Shown: positions 34,640-44,137, counted from the stretch's first letter. The stretch: 64,000 nucleotides of DNA from an uncultured Dehalococcoidia bacterium (GCA_958295765.1 CATQHB010000002.1:2928091-2992090), one strand, 5' to 3'. Made by a program: numbers and translations. Notes: a model not told the origin generated them from the letters alone.

Positions 34640-35299
34640 TCAGTAAAGGGGGCGGTGTTCCGGGGTTTGTGGGGTATCATCCTCAGGTTTGGCGTCCGCC
34701 GTTTCCGTAGCAGGACTTTCCGGGGCGTCGGACTCGCTGGCGTAGTAGTCGCCGTCCGCCTCGGATTGGGGCGGGGTTTCTTCCGGCGCGGCAATGGCGT
34801 CAGTGGCGGCGGTGGCGGCCGGGGCGTCAATTACCGCTACCGCGTCGGGCGCAACCGGCGCCGCATATTCCGGGTTAGCGTCGCGAAAGGCGTTCAGCGC
34901 CGATTCCAGTTGTTCGTAAAACGCCTCCGGGTCCTTGGCTAATAGTATCTGCCGGCGTCCCTTGATGGGCCGGACGCGCAGCCGGTCCGGGGTGGCTAAT
35001 GACCCCATCTCCACCGCGGCGATGTTGCTGAAATGGATAATTTTCACCCGGGGCTTGCCATAGACGACACACAGGGAGTCGGCGTAAACCAGATATATAC
35101 GCGGGCTGGTAACCCAGGTGTAAATCGCCACCCCAATGCCCAGGACGAAGATGATTGACGGGTTGCCGCCCATATCCCACAGCCCGAAAGTTCCCCCGGC
35201 CCCCCAGGCGGCGATTCCCAGGGCCAGAATCAAGGTCAGGTTAACCGGAATCCGGTGCTTGTCCCAATAGAGGGGCTGGTTCTGTTGCGCTTGTTCCAT
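34640..35299 (-). CDS. membrane protein, possible bacterial PH-like domain, acidic Ala/Pro-rich tail
   Basis: 219 aa. Two TM helices, then IYLVYADSLCVVYGKPRVKIIHFSNIAAVE...LRVRPIKGRRQILL. No firm family assignment. Confidence 0.35.
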   Translation of the reverse strand: MEQAQQNQPLYWDKHRIPVNLTLILALGIAAWGAGGTFGLWDMGGNPSIIFVLGIGVAIYTWVTSPRIYLVYADSLCVVYGKPRVKIIHFSNIAAVEMGSLATPDRLRVRPIKGRRQILLAKDPEAFYEQLESALNAFRDANPEYAAPVAPDAVAVIDAPAATAATDAIAAPEETPPQSEADGDYYASESDAPESPATETADAKPEDDTPQTPEHRPLY

Positions 35300-35405
35300 T
35301 TATTACCTTTATTCCTTATCCTGGCGAAGTATTTGCTTGCCGGCATTATACCCTATTGTCCGGGCAGTAACCACTACCGGATAGGGAATTGGCGCTCTCA
35401 TATTG

Positions 35406-35434
35406 ATGACAAAACTACCCGCAAAGATTAAAAT
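35406..35434 (+). promoter_or_regulatory. leaderless-type promoter of paralogue 2
   Basis: ATGACA (35406-35411), 17 nt, TAAAAT (35429-35434), 6 nt, ATG 35441. Confidence 0.55.
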
Positions 35435-35440
35435 ACTGAT

Positions 35441-36358
35441 ATGACCACGATAAATGACATTGCGGACATCGCCCGCATCCTGAGAGAGCAGCCCGAATGG
35501 AATGACACCATCCGGGGCATCCTGCTGAGCCGGGAACTCTTGGAACTGCCCGAAAAATTTGCCGAGTTCGCCCAATCAACCAGTGAACGGCAAGACCAGT
35601 TGGAAGCCAGTCTTAATGAGTTTACCCAGGCTACCAACCGGAACTTTCAACTGGCCTCTGAACGAACGGATCGGTTGGAAACCCGGCTTGACGAGTTTAT
35701 CCAAGCTACCAACCGGAACTTTCAACTGGCTTCTGAACGAATGGGCCGGCTGGAAACCCGGCTTGACGAGTTTATCCAGGCCACCAACCGGAACTTTCAA
35801 CTGGTCTATGAGCGAATGGATCGGTTGGAAGCCGGGATAGCCGACCTAAATACTCGAACGGGCCAGTTGGAAATTGGGGTGTCTGCCCTCAATACTCGAA
35901 TGAACCGGATGGAAGGCAAGCTGGATAACGCTATAGGCGCAAACTACGAACGTAAGGTAGCTAAAGTCATCCACAGTTTGCTGGGTAGCTTGAACCTGCG
36001 CCGCACCAAAATTTTGAGAGGCTACCTCGTCGGAGTGAGCCAGGAGTTTACCGACTTGGTGGATGATGCCGAAGACAACGGCCTGATTACCGAAGCACAG
36101 CACAACGATATTATGCAGGCAGATCTGGTTTGCTGGGGTCGGAACCGGTACGAAGGCTGGGAGCAGTACGTGGCCGGCGAGATTTCCGTAACTATCGGCG
36201 ACTCGGACATCACCAGGGCGGTGCAACGTGCCTCTATACTGTCCGCCATTGTAGGGCAGACGGTACAGCCTGCCGTTGTTGGCGCCTACATCGACGACGA
36301 GCGTACTGCCCTGGCGTCCGCCCAAGGCGTTGTCGTCCTGCTGTCGCCCGAAGACTGA
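35441..36358 (+). CDS. coiled-coil protein with 3 x 25-aa tandem repeats and nuclease-like C-terminal domain (paralogue 2)
   Basis: 305 aa. MTTINDIADIARILREQPEW, then 75-bp repeats at 35612..35836 (L[ND]EF[TI]QATNRNFQL...RLE..). C-terminal ADLVC..(13)..YVAGEISVTIGDSDITRAVQRA. Confidence 0.6.
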   Translation: MTTINDIADIARILREQPEWNDTIRGILLSRELLELPEKFAEFAQSTSERQDQLEASLNEFTQATNRNFQLASERTDRLETRLDEFIQATNRNFQLASERMGRLETRLDEFIQATNRNFQLVYERMDRLEAGIADLNTRTGQLEIGVSALNTRMNRMEGKLDNAIGANYERKVAKVIHSLLGSLNLRRTKILRGYLVGVSQEFTDLVDDAEDNGLITEAQHNDIMQADLVCWGRNRYEGWEQYVAGEISVTIGDSDITRAVQRASILSAIVGQTVQPAVVGAYIDDERTALASAQGVVVLLSPED

Positions 36359-36391
36359 ACGGATACACCCATAACCGCCGGCCAACAACTA

Positions 36392-36476
36392 CCCGCTCAT
36401 GGTGAGCTTGTCGAACCACCTTTCCATATCCGGCGATTTCTCTCCGCTCATCCTGAGCCAGTCGAAGGATGAGCGG
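36392..36476. repeat. REP-A element, inverted orientation
   Basis: CCGCTCATGGTGAGCTTGTCGAACC...CCGCTCATCCTGAGCCAGTCGAAGGATGAGCGG. Confidence 0.85.
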
Positions 36477-36518
36477 AGTATTTACCCCAGCAGCGAGAAC
36501 CTAAAGGCTAGGCCACCC

Positions 36519-37652
36519 CTACCCCAACTGCGGTATCTCCCCCGGCATATACCAGGTGCAGCGGAATACCCGGTTATCATCGTAGCCGTCGGTGCCCTGC
36601 GGGAAATAGGGGTTGATATACTCCCACACCACTTCCCCCGCCGGCGTTACCTGGAACATCCGGCCAAACATCCCCTCGGTAATCAGCGTGTTGCCGTTGG
36701 GCAGGCGGCGCGCGCCGGAGATGCGGGAACTGTAAAAGTTGAAGTAGGGGTTGTCCCGGTACTCCCAGACTATTTGATTGGTGGCCGGGTCAACCTCCAC
36801 CACCCGGGAAAAGATGCGCACGTCGTCCTGCCGCCGCTCCCCGTTATCGAAAATCAGGACGTTGCCGTTGGGCAGCAGGCTGGGGTCGTGCTGGCGGGAA
36901 ATAACGTCCCAGCCCAACTTCCAGGTAATATCTCCCGACTTCTTGTCAATCATCAGCACCGTGGAGATGTTGCGGAAGCTGACCAGCACCCGGTCATCGT
37001 CCAGGGGGACGATGGTATTGCCGTGGCTCCACTCGTGGCGCGGCTCGCCGGGGGTGATGATGTCGGTGGCCGGGTCCAGGTGCTGGTAGGCGTGCCAGTC
37101 CCAAACCTGATTGCCCTGCGCGTCCACCTCAATCAAATGGTCAGCCCACATATAGGTAGTCGCCGTCTGCCCGCCCTCGTGGTCGGCCTCCATCCCGCTG
37201 CCCGGCTGCCCGCCCTGCACCTGGTCGGCCACCGCCGAAGGGATGGCCTCCAAAGTCAGGAAAATGGCGCCGCCGGACTCGGTGCGGCGGGCGTCGTGAT
37301 GCTGGGCCGGGTTGATATGCTGCCAGACGATATTGCTGTCCCAGTCCACCTCCAGCAGCCAGCCGCCGACAAAGTTGGTCGCCGGCATCGCCCGCTGGCC
37401 GGTCTGGTCGGCCTTCGCCATAAAGAAAAGGTTGCCGCTGGGCAGCAGGTAGCCCCAGGAGCCGGGCGGGGTGGGCAGATGCCACCGATGCACCTCATTG
37501 CCCTCCAGATCCAGCAAAAAAGTTACCCCCTTCCCGGTTCCGTCGCCGTTATACGGGGAATAACAGAAATATCCGGGACAAGCCTGTTCCCGGTCCAAAG
37601 CGGTCAATCCGGTACGGCCCACCCGCCGCCAGGTTTGTTGGTCAACGCTCAT
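36519..37652 (-). CDS. arylsulfotransferase (ASST)-like beta-propeller protein
   Basis: 377 aa from ATG 37652 (GGGAGG 4 nt upstream). Recurring LPSGN / LPNGN / W.H.N / RLPNGNTLITEG..GR.F.VT..GE.VWEY pattern, typical of the Arylsulfotran_2-type family as I recall it. Confidence 0.65.
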   Translation of the reverse strand: MSVDQQTWRRVGRTGLTALDREQACPGYFCYSPYNGDGTGKGVTFLLDLEGNEVHRWHLPTPPGSWGYLLPSGNLFFMAKADQTGQRAMPATNFVGGWLLEVDWDSNIVWQHINPAQHHDARRTESGGAIFLTLEAIPSAVADQVQGGQPGSGMEADHEGGQTATTYMWADHLIEVDAQGNQVWDWHAYQHLDPATDIITPGEPRHEWSHGNTIVPLDDDRVLVSFRNISTVLMIDKKSGDITWKLGWDVISRQHDPSLLPNGNVLIFDNGERRQDDVRIFSRVVEVDPATNQIVWEYRDNPYFNFYSSRISGARRLPNGNTLITEGMFGRMFQVTPAGEVVWEYINPYFPQGTDGYDDNRVFRCTWYMPGEIPQLG

Positions 37653-37745
37653 ACGTCCTCCCGTATCTGCCGAATACCGCCCATTATCAGCCAAACCGCC
37701 ATGGCTGTAAACCGGGGAGTGGGGTTACCTTGGGGACGGTAAGGT

Positions 37746-38942
37746 TCACCGGCTTTCTTTCCAGGGGAATTCCACGTGCCAGAGATGGTTGTAACCGCCG
37801 CCCACCAGCACATACTGGCCGGTACTGACGCGGTCAATGGCATACTCCGGGAGAACCACCTCCACTATACATTTCCCGTCAAATATCTCGCCGCGCCAGC
37901 CAAATTGGAAATCCGGGTTGCCAAACCCGTAGCGCTGGCGATGGGCCGGCAGGTCGTTCACGTCAACCGGGTACAGGTGGAGAAAGAACGTCGCCTCAGT
38001 GTCCGCCGGGGCGCACCGCTCTTTAACGTAGGTCAGCGTGTTCTCATTCAGATATAGGTCAAAGTCGGAGCGGGCTATGGGTTCGTCGGATACCACCGCC
38101 GCGTATTCGGCGCGGGCCGCCGCTGCTCGATCGGCAGCTATGGGGTTGAAATACTGAAAAACGATCAACCCGATACTGCCGGCAATTACCAGGGAGCCGG
38201 TCAACAGCCACCAGGGAATCCGCCAGCCCGGCAGTTGCCAGCTACGGAGTGGCGCCGGCGCGATTGTCGCTAACCGTCCCGGCGCCTGAGCCAGCGCCAG
38301 CTCCAGAGCATAGAACAGGCAGCCGAGGCCGAACAGATACTCCCGTGTCTCCTGTATCCTGGGCCACCGGGCGATATTCTGGTCGTACACACTATGGTAG
38401 TTCACATAGGAGAGCGCAAAAACGAGGGCCAGGGTCGCCACCACCGCAATGACCAATTTGATTTGTCGCGAAAACAGGGCGAATATCAGCAATAGCAGCA
38501 GCAGCCCACTCTCCTTCAATACAGTAAAGTGTAATAAATCTCTGAGGCCCGATACTGAGTGATGGGAAAGTATCACCAGAAAGCCCAATGTCAGCAGGAT
38601 TGACGGGAAGGGAATCCCCAACAGCCGGTCTTTCCGAAAAAAGAAAGCCGCGCTGGTTGCCAGACACAGCAGAAACGCGCCGTTCCGGTAGATGGGGTCA
38701 AACCCTCGATCGCTGATATTGTGGACATTGAATTCTTTCTGATAATTCCAGGGCAGCAGGAAGTCGGGCGTCGCAAACCCGAAGATGCGCTGTCCCCAAC
38801 TGATTTCCTCGCCGGCGGCAAACACCATCGCCATACCGCCCAGCAGATAGACGCCGCGCCGGAAGAAGTTCGGCTCCAGCCAGGCCGTGCCGAACAGCAG
38901 AAAGCCGGCCAGGAGAAACCAGACCGCGGTGAGATACTCCAC
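37746..38942 (-). CDS. polytopic membrane protein with shared C-terminal ~105-aa domain (body downstream of a frameshifting C13 tract)
   Basis: 398 aa from GTG 38942. Multiple TM helices. The C-terminus FDLYLNENTLTYVKERCAPADTEATFFLHLYPVDVNDLP... is homologous to the C-termini of 39392..41668 and 41823..44120. Confidence 0.6.
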   Translation of the reverse strand: MEYLTAVWFLLAGFLLFGTAWLEPNFFRRGVYLLGGMAMVFAAGEEISWGQRIFGFATPDFLLPWNYQKEFNVHNISDRGFDPIYRNGAFLLCLATSAAFFFRKDRLLGIPFPSILLTLGFLVILSHHSVSGLRDLLHFTVLKESGLLLLLLIFALFSRQIKLVIAVVATLALVFALSYVNYHSVYDQNIARWPRIQETREYLFGLGCLFYALELALAQAPGRLATIAPAPLRSWQLPGWRIPWWLLTGSLVIAGSIGLIVFQYFNPIAADRAAAARAEYAAVVSDEPIARSDFDLYLNENTLTYVKERCAPADTEATFFLHLYPVDVNDLPAHRQRYGFGNPDFQFGWRGEIFDGKCIVEVVLPEYAIDRVSTGQYVLVGGGYNHLWHVEFPWKESR

Positions 38943-39102
38943 CCAGTAGTCTTCCAGGGTCAGATTACGGAAGGTCTCCGGGGCGGCGACGATGAGAAAG
39001 CTGAAGAAAAATACGTTCAGACTCAGCAGGAGGTAGGCAAGGACGGAAACCTTGTTGTCCAGACCCCTTGCGGGGGGGGGGGGGCAGAATTCTGGTGTTC
39101 AT
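38943..39102 (-). other. 5' segment of the same membrane-protein gene, out of register with the body
   Basis: ATG 39102 (MNTRIL) runs into C13. The body frame stays open from 39100 down to 38943 with no start codon and encodes a clean TM helix (VSVLAYLLLSLNVFFFSFLIVAA). A tract of 12 or 15 C would fuse ATG 39102 to the body. Confidence 0.6.
39072..39084. repeat. homopolymeric G13 (C13 on the coding strand)
   Basis: Counted directly: 9 + 4 G across two sequence blocks. It encodes the PPPP run after MNTRIL. Confidence 0.9.
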
Positions 39103-39310
39103 AGGATGATTCCGGCGTACCTGCTCCGCGCTGTTCCCTTGTTCCTGGCTCAGACATCCCGACTCCTGCCCTATGGCGCGGCTTGTTCTCATTATGTCGG
39201 CGCCAGGGCGATTGTCAAGGTTGAAAAGGCCGGGCAACCCGGACAACCTTACCAGGTCAACCCGGACAACCGCCCTATGGCAACCTAACAACCGTCGGCA
39301 ACCCAAGCAA

Positions 39311-39346
39311 CCGTCGTTCCGACGAAAGCCGGAATCCAGGAAATCC
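39311..39346. repeat. REP-D left half
   Basis: CCGTCGTTCCGACGAAAGCCGGAATCCAGGAAATCC with no right arm. Confidence 0.7.
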
Positions 39347-39391
39347 CCGGAAAAGAGCGGGCCGGCTACCGAGGGTTGGGGGCGGAAAGGT

Positions 39392-41668
39392 TCACCTGCT
39401 TTCGCTCAAGCGAATCTCCCCCTCCCACAAATGCTCGAAACCGCCTTCCACCAGCACGTACTGGCCGACGTAGATGGAGGTAATGGCGTATTCCGGGAGC
39501 GGCAGCGCCACCAGGCAGAAATCGCCGAATCTATTGCCATACTGGTCAAAGGTAAAATCCAGGCTGTCAAACCCGTATTGCTGGCGCGGTTCGGGCAGGT
39601 CTTTCACCTCAACCGGCTCCAGGTGCGCAAAGAACCGGGGATCCAGGTCGGCGGGGGCGCACGGCTCCTTTACGTAGATAAGTTGGTTTTCGACCAGATA
39701 TACGTCAAAGTCGGCGGAGAGCGCCGGTTGGTGGTCGCCGACCAAATCCGCCAGGTAATCGCTGGCCGTCATCGCTTTCCCCTGCACCGGCGGGGCGGCA
39801 TCGTGGGGCAGGACGGTGACCGCTACGCATAACCCGGTTTGCGTTTGCGTCCAGGCTTGGCGGTCGGTTGCGGCCCCGGCGCCGCTCCACTCCCACAATA
39901 TAAACTCTTCCGGCCGGCAATCCGGGGCAAACGCCTGCGCCAACCGCCCGTCCACCAGCAGCCCGACGCCGTCGGCCTGATAGTCAAAGTGCGGTTCCAT
40001 TCTTTCCCAGAACCAGGCGACGGGGTCAACAACTTCCGTTGCGCCGACCGGCCAGATCCTGAATTGGATTTCGCCGTTTACGGGGTGGAAAAATGACGGG
40101 CCTTTGTACAGAATCGCGTCCTCCTGATGGCCGACGCCTCGGAGGTTGGCAAAGTGGGTAATCCCATAACGGGGATAGAACTCGGTCTCGGTTCCCCGCT
40201 TTCGGGCGTGAAAATAGGCGTAGGAATTCACCAACCCGTCCAGGTTCACCACCGGAAAGCGGGAGAAATACCCGATAACCCCGGCGTCATACGACCCAAT
40301 CACGCTGCCCTCAGGCAGCGCCGCGTTCACCACCGGCGTACCCATATAGGAAGTAACATCCCAATTCCGCTCGGTTGACTGGCTTTTCCACTCAACCCAC
40401 CGGAACGGCCCGGTGAAATCCGCCCCGGTGAACAGCCAGACTGCGCCGACCACCAGGATAACCCCGCTCACCCCATTGGCCGCCAGCGCCGACCTCGGCC
40501 CAAGGAAACGGCGCAGAAAGTGAATGGCAACGTAACAAATCAGGGGAACGACCAGCGCCAGCATCAGGTACGCCGGGACGAAATACCAACCATAATCCCC
40601 GGCGTAACGATCCACCTGGAGGACGGTTTGCGCGAACTTGGCGATATGCCCCACCGCCAGGCTGAACCCGCCCACCAGAAAGGCCAGCAGCAGCCACTCC
40701 TCCCGGCTCCGGGAGCGGCGGCCCAGCCACCAAACCAGCAGCAGCAGCAGGAAACCGGCGCAGATTGCCAACGCCGTCAGCAGCGTCTCATTATGGAAAA
40801 CTTCGATTTGCCGGATCTCCTGGAAGTTCTGAGTCAGGCGGTAGCCGTCGGCGTTCTCCCACCGAGTTTGCGACCACCACCGCTTGCTGGCCCCGCTGAC
40901 CGGCACGATGCCGCCGAACACCAGCTTGTTGTAGGCAAAGTAGGCCAGGATGCCGGCAATTGCGCTGATTATTGGCGCAAAGGTTCGTGCCGGGGTAGAA
41001 ATCAGGGCAGCCCGCCAGGACACGTCGGCCGGCCGCTCCCGCCGCAACCACTCCATCAGCAGCAGCGCCGCCGTGGCGGTCAGCGATATGGCGATATACT
41101 CCAGGCGTACCCAGGGCAGGGCAAAGGCCACTACCGCCAGCGGCCAAGTCCACCGCTCCGGGTTGCGGGCATACAGCAGCAACGCCAGGAACAGCAGCCC
41201 CAGCATAAACAGCGCGGCGGCGGCCTCCAAGCCCACAAACAGGTTGCGCTGCTGATAGAGTATCGGCAGCAGGGCAAACAGCAGATACCAGGGCAGCCGG
41301 GCCAGCCGCGCCGCCACCGCAATTAACGCCACCGCCCCGGCAATGAGCATTATCTCCAGGGCTTTGATGGCAAACAGCGCCGTTTCCTTGTCAAACATCC
41401 AGTAGAAAGGGGTAATCAGCAGCAGCCAGATCGGATGGTAGCCATTAGTTCGGCTGATGCCGCCGTCAAAAGTGGAGAACCGCCCCTCGGAAAGGTGGTA
41501 GGCTATCTGAAAGTAGTAGAAAGAATCATCGCCGTTCACGTCCCGCAGCAGATTGACCAGGTCAAAGTTGACCAGCAGATACCCGGCAAAGGCGGCGCCA
41601 TAGGCCAGAATACCGCCAATAAACAAGGCAAACAGGGCGTGGCGCAAAGGTGCGGGCAGGGTGAACAT
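39392..41668 (-). CDS. GT-C-like polytopic membrane glycosyltransferase candidate with shared C-terminal domain (paralogue 1)
   Basis: 758 aa from ATG 41668 (MFTLPAPLRHALF). First-loop motif DDSFYYFQIAYHLSEGRFSTFDGGISRTNGYHPIW and more than 10 TM helices. The ORF-track extension to 42001 overlaps the next gene and repeats. Confidence 0.5.
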   Translation of the reverse strand: MFTLPAPLRHALFALFIGGILAYGAAFAGYLLVNFDLVNLLRDVNGDDSFYYFQIAYHLSEGRFSTFDGGISRTNGYHPIWLLLITPFYWMFDKETALFAIKALEIMLIAGAVALIAVAARLARLPWYLLFALLPILYQQRNLFVGLEAAAALFMLGLLFLALLLYARNPERWTWPLAVVAFALPWVRLEYIAISLTATAALLLMEWLRRERPADVSWRAALISTPARTFAPIISAIAGILAYFAYNKLVFGGIVPVSGASKRWWSQTRWENADGYRLTQNFQEIRQIEVFHNETLLTALAICAGFLLLLLVWWLGRRSRSREEWLLLAFLVGGFSLAVGHIAKFAQTVLQVDRYAGDYGWYFVPAYLMLALVVPLICYVAIHFLRRFLGPRSALAANGVSGVILVVGAVWLFTGADFTGPFRWVEWKSQSTERNWDVTSYMGTPVVNAALPEGSVIGSYDAGVIGYFSRFPVVNLDGLVNSYAYFHARKRGTETEFYPRYGITHFANLRGVGHQEDAILYKGPSFFHPVNGEIQFRIWPVGATEVVDPVAWFWERMEPHFDYQADGVGLLVDGRLAQAFAPDCRPEEFILWEWSGAGAATDRQAWTQTQTGLCVAVTVLPHDAAPPVQGKAMTASDYLADLVGDHQPALSADFDVYLVENQLIYVKEPCAPADLDPRFFAHLEPVEVKDLPEPRQQYGFDSLDFTFDQYGNRFGDFCLVALPLPEYAITSIYVGQYVLVEGGFEHLWEGEIRLSESR

Positions 41669-41674
41669 AGGGAA

Positions 41675-41683
41675 ATTGTAGCA
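41675..41683 (-). promoter_or_regulatory. extended -10 (TGCTACAAT) placed 6 nt before the ATG: leaderless-type promoter
   Basis: The minus strand reads ATATATGCTACAAT-ttccct-ATG. The same box occurs at 44129..44137 and 45951..45959. Confidence 0.5.
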
Positions 41684-41757
41684 TATATGGGGGGATTTTC
41701 CGCAGGGAGAGGCGGATAGGGTCAGGGCAACCCAGGCAACCGTCGGCAACACAAGAA

Positions 41758-41787
41758 CCGTCGTTCCGGCTTTCGCCGGAATCCAGG
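41758..41787. repeat. REP-D variant (rearranged core)
   Basis: CCGTCGTTCCGGCTTTCGCCGGAATCCAGG. Confidence 0.7.
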
Positions 41788-41822
41788 GTTTATGCTGCGA
41801 TTGCCCTGAGGGACGGGAATGT

Positions 41823-44120
41823 TCACCTGCTTTCTTTCCAAGAAAACTCCCCCTCCCATAAATGCTCGGAACCGTCCTCCACGGGCACATACTGGCCGGT
41901 GCGGATGGTGGCAATCTCATATTCCGGGAGCGGAACCATCGCCAGGCAGAGGTCGTCGAATTTATTGCCATGCCAGTCAAAGTTAAAGTCCAGGCTGTCA
42001 AACCCGTGTTGCTGGCGCAGTTCGGGCAGGTCCTTCACCTCAACCGGGTCCAGGTGTAGAAAGAACCAAGCCTCCAAGTCCGCCGGCTGGCACTGCTCCT
42101 TTGCGTAGATAAGTCGGTTTTCGACCAGATATACGTCAAAGTCGGTGGAGATTGCCGGTTGGCGGTCAACTATCAGGCTTGCCAAGTAATCGCTGGTCAT
42201 CATACCTTTTACTTGCACCGGTGGGATGGCATCGGGGGGCAGGATGATGACCGCTGCGCATAACCCGGTTTGCGTTTCCGTCCAGGCTTGGATGGCAGTG
42301 GTAGGCTCGGGGCCGCCCCAGTTCCATACTAGCAACTCTTCCGGCCGGCAACCCTGGGCAAATGCCTGGGCCAACCGCCCGTCCACCAGCAGCCCTACGC
42401 CGTCCGCTTGATAGTCAAAGTGCGGTTCCACCCTTCGCCAGAACCAAGCATCCGGGGCGGCTTCTTCGCTGGGCGGCGTACCGGCCGACCAGAAATTGAA
42501 CCTTCTTTCTTTAGAGGATTGTGGCCCCTCATAAAGCAGCTCACCATCAAAGCCCATTCTGGCAAGGTTGGCAAAGTGAGTTATTCCTAACTCTTGATAG
42601 ATCGGCCTGAATTCTTCCTTCCAAATGGCATATCCGTCCCGATCTGCGTTTGTCGCGTGAAAATAGTCATAAGAATTCACCACCCCGTCCAGGTTCACTA
42701 CCGGAAAGCGGGAGAAGTACCCGATAATCCCGGAGTCCCACGACCCAATCACGCTGCCCTCGGGCAGCGCCCGGTTCATAACCTGCGTCCCCCCATAAAA
42801 CACACCAAGCCATTCTTCGTGACTGACGGTTGAATCACTCCGCGATTCAATGAACCGGAAAGGCGCAGCGAAATCCGCCTTGGTCAGCAGAAAAACGGCG
42901 CTGACAACGACAATCCCGACGGCGAGGACATTGGCCGCCGGCGCCGACCTCGGCCCAATGAAACGGCGCAGAAAGTGAATGGCGACGTAACAGCCAAAGG
43001 GGACCGCCAGCGCCAACATTAAGTACGCCGGGACAAAATACCAGCCAAATGTCCCTTGGATAAAGGGATGCACTTGAAGGACGGTCTGGACGAACTTGGC
43101 GATATGCCCCACCGCCAGGCTGAACCCGCCCACCATAAAGGCCAGCAGCAGCCAGTCCTCCCGGCTCCGGGAGCGGTGGGCCAGCCACCCCACCAACAGG
43201 AAACCGATGCAGATTGCCAACGCCGTCAGCAGCGTCTCATTATTGAAAACATCGATTTGCCGGACCGCCTGGAGGTTCTGGAACAGGCTGTAGCCGCCTT
43301 CCTCCTCAAAGCGGACCTGCGACCACGCCTGCTTGCTGGCCCCGCTCACCGGCACGATGCCGCCGAATACCAGCTTGTTGTAGGCGAAGTAAGTCAGGAT
43401 GCCGGCAAGGGCGCTGATTATTGGCGCAAAGGTTCGGCGGGCCGGGATAGCAGTCAAGGCAGCGCGCCAGGACGCGCCGGGCGTCCGCTCTTGCCGCGAC
43501 CATTCCATCAGCAGCAGCGCCGCCGTGGCGGTCAGCGATATGGCAATATACTCCAGCCTGACCCAGGGCAGGGCAAAGGCTACGCCGGCCAGCGGCCAAG
43601 TCCACCGCTCCGGGTTCCGGGCGCAGAGCAGCAAGGCCAGGAACAACAGCCCCAGCATAAACAGCGCGGCGGCGGCCTCCAGCCCATGAAAGATGATGCG
43701 AGTTTGATAGAGTATCGGCAGCGGGGCAAACAACAGAATCCAGGGCAGACGGGCCAGCCGCGCCGCTACCGCGATAAGGGCTACCCCGCCGGCGATGAGC
43801 ATAATCTCCAGGGCTTTGATGGCAAACAGCGCCCCTTCCTTGTCAAATATCCAGTAGAAGGGAGTTATCAGCAGCAACCAGAGGGGATGGTAGCCGTTAG
43901 TTTGAGTGATGCCGCCGTCAAAGGTGGAGAACTTTCCCTCGGCCAGGTGATAGGCTATCTGGAAGTAGTAGAAAGCATCATCATGGGTCAGATCCCGCAG
44001 CAGGTTGATGACGTCGAACTTGACCAGCACATAACCGGCAAAGGCGGCGCCGTAGGCCAGAGTACCGCCAATAAACAAGACAAACAGGGCGTGGCGCAAA
44101 AGAGCAGTCAGGGTGAACAT
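41823..44120 (-). CDS. GT-C-like polytopic membrane glycosyltransferase candidate with shared C-terminal domain (paralogue 2)
   Basis: 765 aa from ATG 44120 (MFTLTALLRHALF). HDDAFYYFQIAYHLAEGKFSTFDGGITQTNGYHPLW. Collinear with paralogue 1 throughout. Confidence 0.5.
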   Translation of the reverse strand: MFTLTALLRHALFVLFIGGTLAYGAAFAGYVLVKFDVINLLRDLTHDDAFYYFQIAYHLAEGKFSTFDGGITQTNGYHPLWLLLITPFYWIFDKEGALFAIKALEIMLIAGGVALIAVAARLARLPWILLFAPLPILYQTRIIFHGLEAAAALFMLGLLFLALLLCARNPERWTWPLAGVAFALPWVRLEYIAISLTATAALLLMEWSRQERTPGASWRAALTAIPARRTFAPIISALAGILTYFAYNKLVFGGIVPVSGASKQAWSQVRFEEEGGYSLFQNLQAVRQIDVFNNETLLTALAICIGFLLVGWLAHRSRSREDWLLLAFMVGGFSLAVGHIAKFVQTVLQVHPFIQGTFGWYFVPAYLMLALAVPFGCYVAIHFLRRFIGPRSAPAANVLAVGIVVVSAVFLLTKADFAAPFRFIESRSDSTVSHEEWLGVFYGGTQVMNRALPEGSVIGSWDSGIIGYFSRFPVVNLDGVVNSYDYFHATNADRDGYAIWKEEFRPIYQELGITHFANLARMGFDGELLYEGPQSSKERRFNFWSAGTPPSEEAAPDAWFWRRVEPHFDYQADGVGLLVDGRLAQAFAQGCRPEELLVWNWGGPEPTTAIQAWTETQTGLCAAVIILPPDAIPPVQVKGMMTSDYLASLIVDRQPAISTDFDVYLVENRLIYAKEQCQPADLEAWFFLHLDPVEVKDLPELRQQHGFDSLDFNFDWHGNKFDDLCLAMVPLPEYEIATIRTGQYVPVEDGSEHLWEGEFSWKESR

Positions 44121-44128
44121 AGGGGGTA

Positions 44129-44137
44129 ATTGTAGCA
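44129..44137 (-). promoter_or_regulatory. extended -10 (TGCTACAAT) 8 nt before the ATG
   Basis: The minus strand reads TATATGCTACAAT-taccccct-ATG. Confidence 0.5.
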
